This document shows positions 1 to 13,648 of a stretch of 64,000 nucleotides of DNA, one piece after another. The stretch comes from Lama guanicoe (taxonomy: Eukaryota). The number at the start of each line of letters is the position of its first letter. The stretch's first letter is position 1. The notes under the pieces were generated by a model, which was not told the DNA's origin, searched no databases, and worked only from the letters and a program-made list of their open reading frames with translations. The stretch is from NCBI GenBank assembly GCA_013239625.1, contig MU054831.1:4391632-4455631 (forward strand), written 5' to 3'. The translations under genes were made by a program, and so were the position numbers.

Positions 1-3000
1 CGCTCACACCAGAGCCGACCCGGAGACAGGCTCGGAGGGTGACCCTGCGGCTTTCCTGCTTCACACGAAACTCCCCGAGGCCCCCCAGGAAGCCCTGCTG
101 GACGCTGGAGATGGGGCTCCTCCTCTGGGCACCCACCGCTCAGAAATCCTCCGCCTCCCGGGCCAACTCCTTGGTCAACAGCAGAGCCTTCCCAGAGCCG
201 CACAAGTGGTGCCGTGAAACAGTCTGGCACCAGGGGCCCTTCTCTTTGGTAAAGGACGTGAATGAAAATGAAAATAAAAAAAACCCCAATCCCATGTGCC
301 TTCTCTAAGAGAAGCTGCGGCTCCCACATGTGTTCTGCCGGTCAGAGCATGAGCTCGGATACCAATTTTATATTAGAAAACAATATATTTTGAATTCTTT
401 TTTAATTTAAAAAAATGTAATTTTTTTTGCAGGTTAAGCTCTGACTTTCACAGATAAATGAAAAGTGTATTCAGTGATGTGAAAATTTTAGTGACCAAAT
501 TTAAATAAACCTGAAGTTCAAACGATAAACATGAAATGCAATGAGAGAGAAAACTGAGGGACCAGTGATCCTGGGGCTGACGGGTGCCTCCCAAGCATCT
601 CCTTCCTGCTCCTCTGTCCTGGGCTATGTTTTCCTTTCTTCTCTAAGAAGCAGGGGAAAGTCGGCTTCCTCAAGTCTAGGAGCACCTTACAAACGCTTGT
701 GGTCCAGGGACCAGACCTCATCTCCCAAGACAGAGGCGGACACTGTCTGACCCTCCACATGGAGGAAACACTAACCAGGTCCCACCCTCTGAAGGGTGTG
801 TCCTGACTGCTCACAGTGCCTAGTGGCCGTGGGCACCCCCTAAGTACCCCCACCCACCCCAGTGGCAAACCGAAAACCAGTTAACTGGCAGCGTTTTCCA
901 CTACCCTAATACAACACAAGGAGCCACAAAGTCCTGCGACGTCCTTCTCAAAGCCGGTCAGTTATCTCTGGGGACGTGAAATGATCTGTAATAATGGAAA
1001 GGAAGGTTGTGCCTACAGGTGCCCAGGAATGGTGACTTGAAAATAGCTCCCCCCGTCCCTGGAACGTTCCAGTATGCTCTGCCTGGTTTTGAAAGGCTCC
1101 ATCTTGAAATCCCCCCAGCGTAGACATCTTTCCTTGAAGCAGGGTAAGCTTCCAGGCTACAGGACGCTTCTGTACGTGCTAGAACAGCAGACCGGTCCTC
1201 AGGGAAGCTCATGGTCAGGCCAAGACAGAGACCTCCTGGGGGCCCTAACTCTCCCCCGGGGGTGGTGGACTGACCACCTCAGCCTGTGCCCAGTCGTCAT
1301 GAGATCTCAGGGAGTCAGTGTCCTTGAAGGCCATCGTCCCCTGGGGTCACCTCCAGGATTAAATGGGCGGACCCACACGGGGGTCCTGGGGGTGGGTGTC
1401 CACCCAGTGTCACTGATTCACAGTATGTATGTTTTTCAGGCATAAGAAGCTCATAGGATGAGTCCCACTGCTGGTCGCAGGCCTTAATCTTTTTTTTTCC
1501 TTAAAAGCAAGTCTTTAATTAATCACAGGGATGAAAAGGAAGGAAAATATTACTGTATCAAGTGACATCACACATCCTAAGCATCTGAAGCTACTTAGTA
1601 AAAGATACATTTCAGGGACGTTGGAGCAAAGATGTTTCTCAGAGGGAAACGCGCTGGAGAAGAAAGTATGGGATTTCGTCTGTCACCTTCTGGGGAAACA
1701 CTGGGCCTGGGCTTTGTCCTAAGGGCACCCCCCAAAAATACTTTCATTGAAAAGGTCACCCTAATAGCAACTACAGCTGATGAAACCTTCAGGGCAGGGC
1801 AGTGCTGTGGGCCCCTAACTCCTCGGGCTGGAGCTCCCCCTCCGGTGGACCAGGGGCTCCTTCAGAGACCAGTCTCATCACAGTTCAACTCTGGCCCGGG
1901 GCAGCCTTCTCACCGCTCACGGCTGGACTCGGGACGCCCCATATCTCTGCACATCCCTGCCCATCAGTGTCCATACCCGGACAGCATCCCCAGACAACGG
2001 CGCTCCTGAGGCCACTAAACCGGCCCCGACGTGTGCATCTGGAGGTCTCTCATCTGTCTTCTGAGGTTCTTTATGTCAGGAGCCTCCTGAGGTCTGAAAT
2101 GGCCCCTGGCACTCCAAACCTTTATGCGCTGGAAAACCAGAAAATCACCCCTGCTGACGCCCACATTTCACCCACTTCATTCTCCTAGTGACCAGCTGTC
2201 TCTAAGGGACCCTGCAGTAAAGAGCCGTGTGAGAGCAAGACCGACACCCCCCCTACCACGGAGGATTGAGGAAGATTTATTCAGCATTAGGCACCATCAC
2301 GAGCCTTCCAGCACAGCATCAGGCATCGCACCCCGTCCTGCTCAGTTGTAAAGGAACAGACATGCACCAGACATGAGCTCACACAGCTTTGTAACCTACT
2401 TTTTTTTCACGTTTAACGTGCCTTCAGTGTTCCCTTAGTATCATCAATTATGCTGTCTCAGTAATGCTAAAAAAATCTTCTCCACGCTTTAACATCTTTG
2501 CCATCAGAATGTGCCTGACAGACTGCTTTTTTTCATGGTTTCACAGCATTTTTCTTCTCAATGTTGGTATAGCTCATAATCAGGGGCATTTTAGACTCAA
2601 TGGAACACGGTCAATCCGCAACATCGTTCTGTAAAGCTGCACAGTCTTCCAGTGGGTGGAATTCTAGACCCTCAGCAACCCCCGCATGCAGCATCTGTCA
2701 CTTAAGATACTGGCTAATCCCGCGTCACACTTCCACAAAAAGGCAAGTTCAAGAAAGAAGTGCCAGGGACATTTTTAATATTAAATTTGCAGGGATGGTC
2801 CTGACTATCACTAGCCCTTGGTTCCTTTAAAGTGTTTAGCTGGTGAATTATCATGTAAGTAAAGTAATAAACCGGAGATTAAGTAAACCAAAAAAAGTGG
2901 TTTTCTACATTCACACTGTTTTTTTTTTTTCTTTTGCCTCCACTACACCCATTTTCCAAGGAACTTTCAAAGAAATCACACCATGCCGTATCCTGGTTTT

Positions 3001-3098
3001 CAGTGCAAAATGACTTGGGCCAGGAAGATTCCAAAAATTCCATCCAACTTTCTACATGATCGTTCTACTCTCGAGAGCAAACACTTACAGGAAAAAGG

Positions 3099-3116
3099 AC
3101 ACACACACACACACAC
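3099..3116. repeat. (CA)n microsatellite
   Basis: acacacacacacacacac. Confidence 0.9.
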
Positions 3117-3344
3117 AAAAAGACTACAGAAACTTCCAGATGTCAATTCAACTGAGTCGACAAATCCGTGCAGATTCTGCTCTTCCTTCCTTCTTAAAAC
3201 CACAAAGTGAGAATCAGCCACACAGTCCCAACTTCCCTCTAGGATTCTGTCTGAAGGAACAACAGAATCAGTCTCTTGGAGATGAGAAAACACTCAGCCG
3301 TAGAAAACATTATCGTGGAGCCTCTCCCCCTCACCTTTCCTTTC

Positions 3345-3513
3345 GTTTTTGTTTTTTTTGTTGTTGTTGTTGTTCTTTTTTGTTTTTTTTGGTGAGGTGG
3401 GGAGGGATTAATTTCCTTTCCTTCCTTCTTTCTTTCATGGAGGTACCAGGGATCGAACCCAGGACCTTGTGCACGCTCAGCACGCGCTCTACCACTGAGC
3501 TACACCCTCCCCC
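3345..3513 (-). mobile_element. tRNA-derived SINE (Vic-1-like, camelid)
   Basis: Reverse complement gives A/B-box head ggggagggtgtagctcagtggtagagcgcgtg...ctgggttcgatccc and an A-rich tail. Apparent TSD ctccccctcacct on both sides. Confidence 0.9.
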
Positions 3514-3606
3514 TCACCTGCTCTCGTGCGCACCTGACTGTGGAGCCAGAATCCTCAGGAGAAAGGGCAGGTGGAGGCTGGCCACCGGTGTGCTTGCAGT
3601 ACTTAC

Positions 3607-3692
3607 CTGTGCCTCTGGGGGGCCCCCTTCATCTCTAATCAGCAGCAGATAGCTTTGTCCATCAACAACAATCTCTTTCTTGAATCTGCCAC
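3607..3692 (-). CDS. AGAP1: AGAP1 coding exon 4 (86 nt): (G)[28 protein letters not shown], containing the G3-like IRDEGG motif
   Basis: Acceptor tgtgtggCAG (3695-3693), donor CAG|GTAAGT (3606-3601). Starts in phase 1, ends in phase 0. Visible inside ORF 3514..3705. Confidence 0.96.
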
Positions 3693-5636
3693 CTGCCACA
3701 CACACAAAAAATCCTGTTACACAAGAAAGACGGAGCGTGAGGAGGGCAAACAGACGTGGGCTTCGCTTGTGGAAAAATACACCCTAGGCCGTGGCCCTGG
3801 AGGCCACCCTGAGGATTTAGGAGTGGGCTTCGGATCTGTCTCAGGCCAACCACTGGGTTTTAAAAGAACTACTGAACTCAGAGATAAGTATTCATCTTTA
3901 AGAACCCGTGTTCATTTCGAGTTAGCCTCCAAGGAACGCCAGGATCACTCCCGGCTGACAAGGGTGGAATTTTAATGTAGGCTTTGAATGTCAATTCAGG
4001 AGTTCTCTCTCACGGGGAACACGTTGATACGGAGTTCAGAAACAGAGAACACTGAAACTGTCATTCTCTGGTCAGGTTCACAGAACCGCAATGAATTTTT
4101 CGGGTTGAACAGGTCTACACCATATGGATCAATTGGGGTACTGAGAATCTGTATTCTCCTCAAGAGAAACCCAGTTCTTGGAAGGAAAACATAGAACATC
4201 ATGGGGACGGTGTTTCCGGATTCACAGTTCACAGGTAAGGGAAGGATGCTCAGCTACCACACACGGGTTAGACAGAAACTACTGGATGGCATCTCCACAC
4301 AGTGGAGACAGAGCAGTGCAGCTGGCGGACGGAGAGGCGTTAGAGACCACGTTGGGTTAGCAAGAAACCTCGGGGCCCCGACGCAAAGTCGGGGGAGGGG
4401 GATGGCCACATGAAGGCGGCAGGGGCTGACCCCAGACCCATCCCAGGTGGGGAGGGGCACACGGCTGCCCCGCGCATCTCCCCTAAGCGCCCAGACCAGA
4501 CTGCCAGGCCTCTCCTGGACAGGGGAAACACTTCCACTTCTGGGCTCCCTGCCTCTCTGGAGACACACCACCTTTGGACATTCTGGGCTCTGAGTGCACC
4601 CCAGGTAACCGTCACCGGGCTTTCGAATTCGTGGTTTCCAGAGAGGAAGCCATCAGTACCTGCTCTCACGCCTGCTCCTTGGTACGGAGACCTTCTAGAA
4701 ATACCATCCAACACCAAATAACTGGACCTTGGAGAACCTCGCTGGGGGGCTCCCCTACTCGCCCCACTGGCCGTGCGTCAGCCCCCTGCCACCCGGAGTC
4801 ACATTTGGTTCTCAGCCACAGTGGCTCCCCAACCATGGGGGCCGACCTTCCCAGAGTCTGGGCTTTGAGCTATGCAGGCGCCTGAGAAGCCGAAACCAGA
4901 GTCTCCACTCCCCCCACCCCCCCCACCCCTAAGAAGTGTCGAGGCCCGGGGGTGGGTCGGCTCGGAACTAACCTCCCTGAGCGTGCGCGCATGCGCACAC
5001 ATGCACACACCCCTCCACGCCCGCCCTGCTCCCGGCGTAACAGACAAGACGCTCTTGCTTACACAGCAAACGAAAAGCCGAAGAAAACTCCCAACGTTAA
5101 AACAGACAAGCTCTCATTTGGATCCCCCTCACTGCCGACACCGAAAAAAGAGGACGGGGTCCTTGCAGCAGGGTCAGCTGGACCCACGTCTGATGGGGGA
5201 TGACACAGCACTCGCACGCGGGATCCAGACCGGCTGAGGCCCAGGCTCCGCACCTGCCGCTTCCGGCTGTAGGAGGATGGTTTAGGGTCCCCGCACCCCG
5301 GGCAGGTCCCCTAAACACACCTGTCTCCCAGCATCTAAGGATGCATGAGACCAGCCCTTGCCTGATTAACTCAGGGCTTACCTCCATGAGGCTCCGCAGC
5401 TGCCCCGGGCACGCCGGTCTCACACACGTCCAACTCCTCACTAGTGCGGTGGTCTCTTTGGAGACCAGCACCCCTCCGCTGTCAGGGGCCTCCAGCCACC
5501 TCCCCCATCTCTCTGGGGAGCAGGAATCCGGTGGGCATCACCACCCAGCTCTCCCGGAATGACCCTGCTGGTGGCTCTGTTTCTCTCCCACATCTCTGTG
5601 CCCTCGCGTGTCTTACAGGGTAAGCACTTGGACAAA

Positions 5637-5741
5637 TTTCATTCATTCATTCATTCATTCATTCATTTTAATGGAGGGGATTGAACCAAGGACCTCGTGC
5701 ATGCTAAGCCCCCTCTCTACCACTGAGCTATATACCCTCCC
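5637..5741 (-). mobile_element. tRNA-derived SINE (Vic-1-like) with (TTCA)n tail
   Basis: gattgaaccaaggacctcgtgcatgctaag...ctaccactgagcta core with adjacent (attc)n. Confidence 0.88.
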
Positions 5742-6591
5742 TCCTCATATCTGTTCTTTTGTTCACTTTCTTTAATGTTTTCATAGGGCCACATTTGCAA
5801 GTTATATGTCCAGATGGTTGAATCACAATATTAAAGTTAAGGAAGGTTTGCACAGAACTCTCTCTGCTCTTCATATACTCTCTGCTTCATAACCTCAAGC
5901 AAAGGCCTGCGGGCCTAATTTTCATCAGCTCTAAAAGCAGGGGTGATTCTCTCCTCCGTCCGTAAGGCCCCTTCCAACTCTAAAACTGCTTTACATTTCA
6001 CCCCTAAGTGCAATTAGGGGTTTAGCCTGTAATTAGTTTGCCTTCCCAGTATTTTATAATTGCAAATATTAGACACTTGCAATGGACTTGGGTGATTTTT
6101 CTGGTATTATACACACATCCGGAAACAAAAGTTACACACCCAAATGCATCTGCCATGAACCCCAAGGTTTAATAATTAGATAAAATTCAGCCAGGTGTTT
6201 AAGCACCCAGACTGTGAGAAAGAAAGGATATGATTGATAAAAGTTCCACAGAAAAGAGAAACTCCGGATCCTGAGGGCCAGCAGGCTCACCGGGAACGAG
6301 ACCGCTGGGCTGGGCACTGGAGAGACACGGCCCAGCAGGCAGAAGCCTTCAGAATTCATTTTCCCCAGTTCACCTTAGAGACGCAAAGCGGGAAAGCTTT
6401 AGGATGAAGGTGTGGGTAGCACCAAGCTGGTCTCCATTCATCAAGGGCCACCACTCTCGTTATTTCAAATTCAAACCCACCATCCCCTCCCGGCCGCTAG
6501 ACCTTTTCCTACTGAAACTGTAGGGGACACCACCAAACTCTACATCCAATTTCATTTTTAATATAGATTTTTAAACGCCTCTTTTATAATC

Positions 6592-6929
6592 CAGTTTCCA
6601 ATTACAGTATCCACAGGGGACTGGTTCCAGGACCCACAAGGACACCAAAATCCCTTAAATAAAAAGGTGTACTATTTTCATATAACCCACGCACACCCTC
6701 CTGAGTACTTTAAATCCTCTCCAGGTCACTTACACTATCTAATACGGTGCGAATGCCGTGTAAGTAGCTGTAAAGACAACAGAAATGCTACATAAATAGT
6801 TCCCAGCAGGAGACAAATTCAAGTTTCGCTTTCAGAAACTCCCTACATTTTTTTTTTCCTGAGTGTTTTCACTCTGTGGTTGGTTGAATCTGTGGACACA
6901 GAACCCTCAGATACAGGCGCCAGGTTGTT
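6592..6929. mobile_element. MER2/MER2B-like non-autonomous TcMar-Tigger DNA transposon
   Basis: gtatccacagggggactggttccaggaccc...tataacccacgcacaccctcc...tactttaaatc...ggttggttgaatctgtggacacagaaccctcagatac resembles the recalled MER2 consensus. Confidence 0.8.
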
Positions 6930-8139
6930 TGCCCTGTAGGTCTAGTTCACCCAACTGTATTCCTAGCGCTCAATGCGCAGCCCGGCCCACAGCCCACGCT
7001 ACACGAACGACCGGCAACCTCCTTTGGCTGCCAAATACTATTACGTAACATTAAATGACCTCAGGGATAATCTTAATCTTAGCAAAGTGTCCCCAGACCT
7101 GACCCCTATACTGGGAGCCACCGACAGGCAGCTGGCCCAGACCACCTGTGTACAGGTGAGCAGGGGCCCCACGCACAGCTGCCTGTCCCCTGAGTCCCCG
7201 GGGGCAGCAGGGCTCTGTGCCCATGATGACGTCTCCACGAGAAGGGAAGGTGGAGGCCCGTCCCGCAGGTGAGTCTGTGCCTTCCGAGGGCGCCAAGAGG
7301 TCACCAGAGGTAAACAGCAAATGGGGAGAGACAGGTGAGCAGAAGCAGGCTCATCCCTGGGCTCGCCACTGGACGGGAGAATGAGTGCTCTCACCTTGTG
7401 GGAGCAAAGAGGGGACACGCGTCTTGTCTGAACACAACCTCAAGGGTAGTTTATCAAATCTCTGGGTCACCCAAAGGCTAGTTTTCTGAGTTCCCAGAAA
7501 ACTGCCGCAGTTAGCTCCGTTTGCCCTGAGCTAGGCTTATTAAGCGAGTCAAGGTCTTAATTTCTTCCAAAATTAGGTAAAAGATGGACCTGAATTCACC
7601 TACCGAGGGCAGGGGTGCTGACGCGGGTGTGCTGTGAACAACAGCACAGCAGGAAGGAAAGAACAGTGGTGTTTGTGTTGTCGTTGTTCTAAAATAGCCC
7701 GAAGAAAGACTGAAAGGTGTCCCTCACAATCCACTGGCAACTAACTACTCTCACGGTTTCAAGGTTACTCTCCTGAGTCCTGGTCTTGTGCTACGGGAAT
7801 CGGTTTCAAACCTGGGAAGCTGGAGCAGAGGAAACAACTGGGTTCCCTCGACTATGCAAACTCCAGCTAGGTAGGCTGGATCTGCAGTGGAGCCCTGCTC
7901 AGTGCAAGGGCTGTCTCCACCCAGAAAGCTGTGCCCCTCCCACCTGTGCTGGCATTTCTGATTTAAGGTGGGGGGGGGCGGGGTAGAACACTGAATTTTC
8001 CTATTCCCCCCAAAAAAAGTTTTGTTGGGAGTAAGCACTGCAACAGATGTCTAACATTTCTGTTTCTGTCTTTTTGGCTAATTGGACTGAAAGCTATTAA
8101 CATATCATTAACAGCCCTCCAAGCAACAGAAAGCGATGG

Positions 8140-8255
8140 CAGTAACAGTGACTCTTATAATACTTCACAGTTTACAGAAAGCACTTTCCTTCCCCCATCT
8201 TCTCCATTATTCCTCACAGCATCTTGTGATGCAAATACCATGATCAACACCCATG
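8140..8255 (-). mobile_element. MIR fragment
   Basis: tacttcacagtttacagaaagcactttc...attcctcacagcatcttgtga. Confidence 0.5.
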
Positions 8256-9532
8256 GGTACTGGGGCATTTTCAGACCCTGCATTAACCCCCACTCCCAAG
8301 CCAGCAGGCGGCAGACGCGCTGACTGATCCTGGCCTCTCCTCCCTTCTGTGTGCATTTCTGCTCACACAGAAACCATCACAGACACTGCACACACTGTCC
8401 ACAGACGAGCCTGGAAGCTTTCGTGTAGTTTTCTGGGACAACACCGAGCACCATGGGTCGGGGGAGGGGCTGTCTTCTCCCTACTCCACCCACAGCTCCA
8501 GAAAGGAGGAGCCGTCCTCAGCTCCGAACACCATCCCTGCCTTAGGGAACTAAGAAGAAACAGACCTATCGCTTTGTTCACTTTTTCCCTGTTGATTTTC
8601 ATCTTAATTTTTCTAAGCATAAGAAAAGGATGGATATCATTCTTGAATTTCAAGCTACATTTGTGAACCACACTATTTCGCTTCTCCCTAAGAAGAGGGC
8701 ATTATTGTAGCATCTGATCAGAGCAGTCAGGTCACTGTGGTCCCCACCCCGAGGAACCAGTAGACCTCGCGTCCTGCCACCATCACAAAGCCGCAGCTCA
8801 GGTGCTGCGTCCCCTGCAGGCACGGTTTAGAGATTCTCATCTGTGAAAACATTTTTAATGCTTGCCTAAAATTTTCTTCTTACTTAGCCCCATATTAAAA
8901 TAGAAAGACTATCTGCAAATGTTGCTGTTCCCTAATTATTCAGGACCAGCAGGATGAGAGGAATCCACCGAAGAGGACTATGAGTCTTTTTAGTTCTCCC
9001 TGGGAGAATATAAAAAAATTTCACCATGAACGTGCCAGAAATTTCTTAAAATTAATTTTGCTCTTTTAACTTTGATAAAAATACTGAAGTCTGTAACTCA
9101 TTACTGAGGTTTTGGAGACGTTTCATATCGTGACATTTAAAAGGAGTTTTGGATCATGTTATTGTTACACTAGGGGAAAAAAGTTTTATTGGTAACTTAC
9201 TCATTTACAAAATTTAACCACATCAGACTTCATTTCCTCTGCCAGGCTTTTAAAAAGCTTACATTGTTTAAATAAAGGTGGGGGAGGGACTCCTATAAAA
9301 ATGTACCAGCAGTAAGGATCTAATTAATGCGTGATGACGGCCAAGTAACTTCCCAGGTAAACTCGGGGCTATAACTTGAGGTGAAGTGGGGATGAACACA
9401 GGCCAGGATCTCTGATGACTTCGCTGAACCCAGACCTGAGCAAAACAAAGAAGGCAGATCAGGAAAGAAGTCAAAACTCCAGGGTAAGAGAGATGATTTG
9501 AACTTTGCAATAACTGAATTTCTTGTCTTCCA

Positions 9533-9668
9533 TTTCTTTTTTTTAATTTGGTTTTTTGGGGGGGAGGGTAATTAAGTGTATTTGTTTGTTTAATGGAGAT
9601 GCTGGGGACTGAACCCAGGACCTCGTGCATACTAAGCATATGCTCTACCACTGAACTAGACCCTTCCC
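9533..9668 (-). mobile_element. tRNA-derived SINE (Vic-1-like)
   Basis: ggggactgaacccaggacctcgtgcatactaagcatatgctctaccactgaacta core, T-rich tail, approximate TSD tcttYcatttct. Confidence 0.9.
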
Positions 9669-10689
9669 ACTCCTTTCTTTCATTTCTAATAAAATGGGGG
9701 GCGGAGCGGGTAGTAAAAACCAGAAAGAAAATTCCCCAGCCACCAAGAGAAGCAAAGCCTCAGTAACCACCCTCGAAATCACTGGAAGGAAAAACAAAAA
9801 GCACAGTGCCAGACTCGGGAAGAGGGGCTCCTCGCCCCTTGGGGGGAGGACAGACGTGGAAGAAGCCGCACAGCCGCCCTGTCCTGTCTCTGGACAAGGA
9901 TGACAGTTAGGAGGTCCCCGATGAGCAGCCGCCAAGGGGGCAAAGAAAGTGCCTGCGTACCCAGACTGTGGGAGGGGGGGACCCCCGCGGGGAGTAGCAT
10001 TATACACACACCCTCCCACCCTCCACAGGTGCAGGGAATCCGGGCAGGACAACCTGCAAACTCCAGTGGAGAACAGAGCCCTGTCTCTGACCGTAGATCA
10101 CCTTGGTCTGGAGGCAGTTTCCTCGGAGGACAAAGGGCATCCTTTTATACTGTGACCTCGGGTAAAGTAACAGCCAGCTTCAGCCTCCTGCGCCTGAGTG
10201 CCTCCCTGCAGGTGGTCAGGTGTGTGGCTGAGGTCTGGGCAATGGGAGCCTGCGCAGGGTGGGCTGTCCCTCTGGTCCAGGGATGTCTCCTCCACCCTTC
10301 CTCCCACTACAGGAAACCGGACGGTGGAGGAGGGGGACTCCCCACGCCCAACACCCGAGCTGGGATGCGGGGTGGCCACTCGGAACTCCAGCCAGGTGAA
10401 CAGCCTGAGCAGTGCCTGTATCTCTGCCCTTGACTGCAGTCAAGACAGCGCCAGTCTCAGAGGACGGCTGGAGAAGTGGTAAGGACATCATGCAAAGACG
10501 GGGCAGGAAGGGAACAAGGGGTGGGGTTGGGCACTGGAAGGAAGCCTGCAAAACCCAAAAAGCCAATGGGGAAGAAAATCGAACTCAAAAAGCGGAAGGC
10601 AATCCCTTCCGATTGCTCCCTTCCCTAACGCAGCTTACAAGGAGGCATCAAAAAGGCACACACTCCGGGAGTGAGAATCTGAAACAGTA

Positions 10690-11050
10690 GGAAATGGAAA
10701 CCTCTAGGACGGAGGACCAAAACAACATTTTGGAATGAGTGGATAAAATGTGAAAAAGGCAGGGACAGAAAAAACACTGCTCATAGCTGAATTTCCGACA
10801 CAGAGGAATGGCCTGAAATAAACTCAGTCGATGAGATGAAAAAGGCGGAAATTAACTGATAGGAAAACAAACGAAAGGAACAAAAGGATAAATGGCATCT
10901 CTGACAACAAGTCCCCAGCAAAAGAACCCAAAGACTATTTGGAGATAAAATACAAAGGAATTTTCCTGAAACGCAGGCAGGCGTGACCTGCAGGTCGAAG
11001 AGCACACGAGATGCTCCAGGAGTGACAGAGACTCTCAACATCACTTGAAA
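10690..11050 (+). mobile_element. Ancient L1/HAL1 ORF1-region relic
   Basis: A-rich purine-biased tract with aaaatacaaaggaattttcctgaaac...ctgcaggtcgaagagcacac, resembling the L1 ORF1 ENFP...LQIERAH segment. Confidence 0.45.
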
Positions 11051-13648
11051 GACAGGGCACACCGAGGCCCTGGTGAGAAGCGGCCAGGCCAGCCAAGGCG
11101 GGGGTTCTGATCACGGAGCCGGGTTAAGGTGCACTCTGAGGAGCGCCCCTCCAAGGATCTGGAAATGGCCAATGTAATAAGCATTCGTCACATGGGGGCT
11201 CCTCCCTGAAAACTTGCATGGAATGAGAGTGGTTGCTTTTACTGATTCAGATTGGAATTTCAAGAGTCCCACTATTTCTACTTCAGCACTTCTGGATTAT
11301 GTAGTGGAAAAGAACAAGAAATGGCCCATAAGGCGGAGATACACAACACACATTTAAGTGTCCCTTACTTGTGTAGCTCAGGTTTACCTGACATCAAATA
11401 GAACCAAACATTAACTGGATGAAAACCTGAAACAGGAGACTCAAACGCCCTATTTTGTGTCATGTAAAGAAGCTTCATTGTCGTCTCTGATAAGTAATGA
11501 GTCAGAAATCTACAAACCAGAACTTGTACAGGTTTTATTAATGGGACGTCGTGCTGCACCAGAGACCTACGGAAAACATTTTGTAAAAGCAGTACTGCTG
11601 CTCAGAAAGAAACTGGGAAACTCATGTTTGGGGAAGTGGTTTGTTGCCCAAGAGTTAAATTCAATTTCCTTACATCTTCACTTCCAAGAACTCTGAGCAA
11701 AATGTAAATTAGCAGCTCAACACATGAAATCCATTCAAAGCTCTCTCCTCCAGATACTATCTTCTTGAGACTCAAACACGGAAACCCGGTACAAGCGTAC
11801 GCTGGTGGACCTGGACCAGCCTCCAATCGACAATGTCCAGGGACAGACCCAATTTCACTGCAAGTTTTATTAGCTTTTCCCCTCAAAAAACACTAAGATC
11901 GCTGTAAAACAGCATTATCCCTACAAAACATTCTCCATCACCACAGCCACAGAGCCTCAGATGAAGAGGCAAGCACGCTCCACAGTATCAGCAACCCCAG
12001 AAGGCAGGCAAGTCCGGAGCCCACAGCATCCTTCTCCCTGGGGAGGTGCGCGCGGGCTCCGCGGTGCACAGAGGGAGAGAGAAGCCTGGGTCACGCCGTC
12101 CTCAGCTTGCGTCCCAGGTGTGGTGCTGGGGCCGGGGCCTGGAGCCTGCTCCCTCCTCCGGGACTCAGCCGGCCCCTGGGCTTGGAGCCCAGGCCCACTC
12201 AGGCTGCCCTGGCTCCACACACTCGGACTTCCCCGCAAGACTGTTTTTGGAACTAGGAACCAACCCCCCCACCACCTTGCCTCCCCACCTCCGCCAAGTT
12301 CACACACTGCTCTCCACCGGACTCAGCGCCTTCCCAGTAACTCAGCAGCTGTTCCAAGGGGACAGGCACCCTGCAGTGGCCGGCGCGGCCCAACACTTCT
12401 GCGTCTATTTAACAGAAGAGTACCACTCAGCAGACTTGGTGACTAGAGGTCCCGTGGAGGCCCCTGAATCTGGCTGCTGAGACGTCGAGTGGGCTGTGGC
12501 CCCTTCAGGACAGCGGTGCATGTGTGATGGCAGGGGGTGGGGGGTGGGGAGACGGGGTGCATGCACTGCAGAAGAACAGGCTCCAAGCTGCCCCCTGAGG
12601 GTCACCCTCTGAGCTGAGTGACCCTGAGCAGCTCCAGTAGCCTGATGGCTCAGTTTCCTTCTGGGAAACCTCAAGAAACCACAGCACCTGCCTTCTGTGG
12701 CTGCAGCCAGGGGAGCACAAGCTGATCCAAGTCAGCTGTCAGGCTTCTTAAGCACCTGCCTTGTCTTTAAAACCCACTAAGAATTGGTATGTGACACTGA
12801 TGACTCTGTGATTTCCAAGTGGAAAGCTGCACACTGAGGGGAAGTTTCAAAACGACATTCAGTGAGAGCTGAGACTGCAGGAATCGGAGAAGGAAACATG
12901 TGTCTTACACTCCTATTCCTTTAAAAAAAAAAATAGGGCTTTCCCTAATACTTTGTCACAATTCCACACATTCCGGAAGATTCAGGGTAATATTTCTTCT
13001 TCCCAAGTCAAAGCAGCTCATGAGACAGCAAGTCTTGGACGGTGCTGCTCCAAGTGCCCCAGACAGAAGATTTTCTAAGTCCGTCCCCAGGAACAGTGTC
13101 AACATTTGTCCAAGTGCGTGGTGTGTTTCCAATCTGAGACTGGACTTCCACGTCAACAAGAGCCAGACTAACAAAGGGGCCTCCACTGATTTACACTCAG
13201 CCGACGACACAGTTTGATTCTTATTAATACTTGGCAGGAGCCCTCCCATGTGCTGGCCATCCCCTGTTTCTCATAGCTCCTTGCACCAAGGCAACAAGTT
13301 CTTGGTCTTTGGAACCACCACCCAGCAAGTACTCAGCAAACTACGGGCTCAGCACAGAGCTGTGCTGGGAACAGAGCAGACTGAGGCAGAATCCCTGCCC
13401 TGAGGGAGCTTGTTGTCAAGGGCAGGAGGGGGAGGAGGAGGGAACTGACAAGGAGGGCTGGCGGGGTGCGGGGCAGGGGGGACTAGGGCCCCATGAGCAG
13501 GCGTGGTCTGTGCCACCACCCTCACCCCCACTCTGAGCCCCAGGGGAACCCACTGAGCGGGTGGGCCGGGGGGCCTGGGTGTGAATCAGCTCTCTGAAGG
13601 AGATAATAGCCGTAAAACAACGAGCTTCTCCATGTAAGATCGAACACA

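Noticed and set aside
1-3600. AGAP1 exon 5 (FAMWVDAVIFVF...)
   Set aside because: No matching sequence found on the minus strand; it probably lies just beyond the window start.
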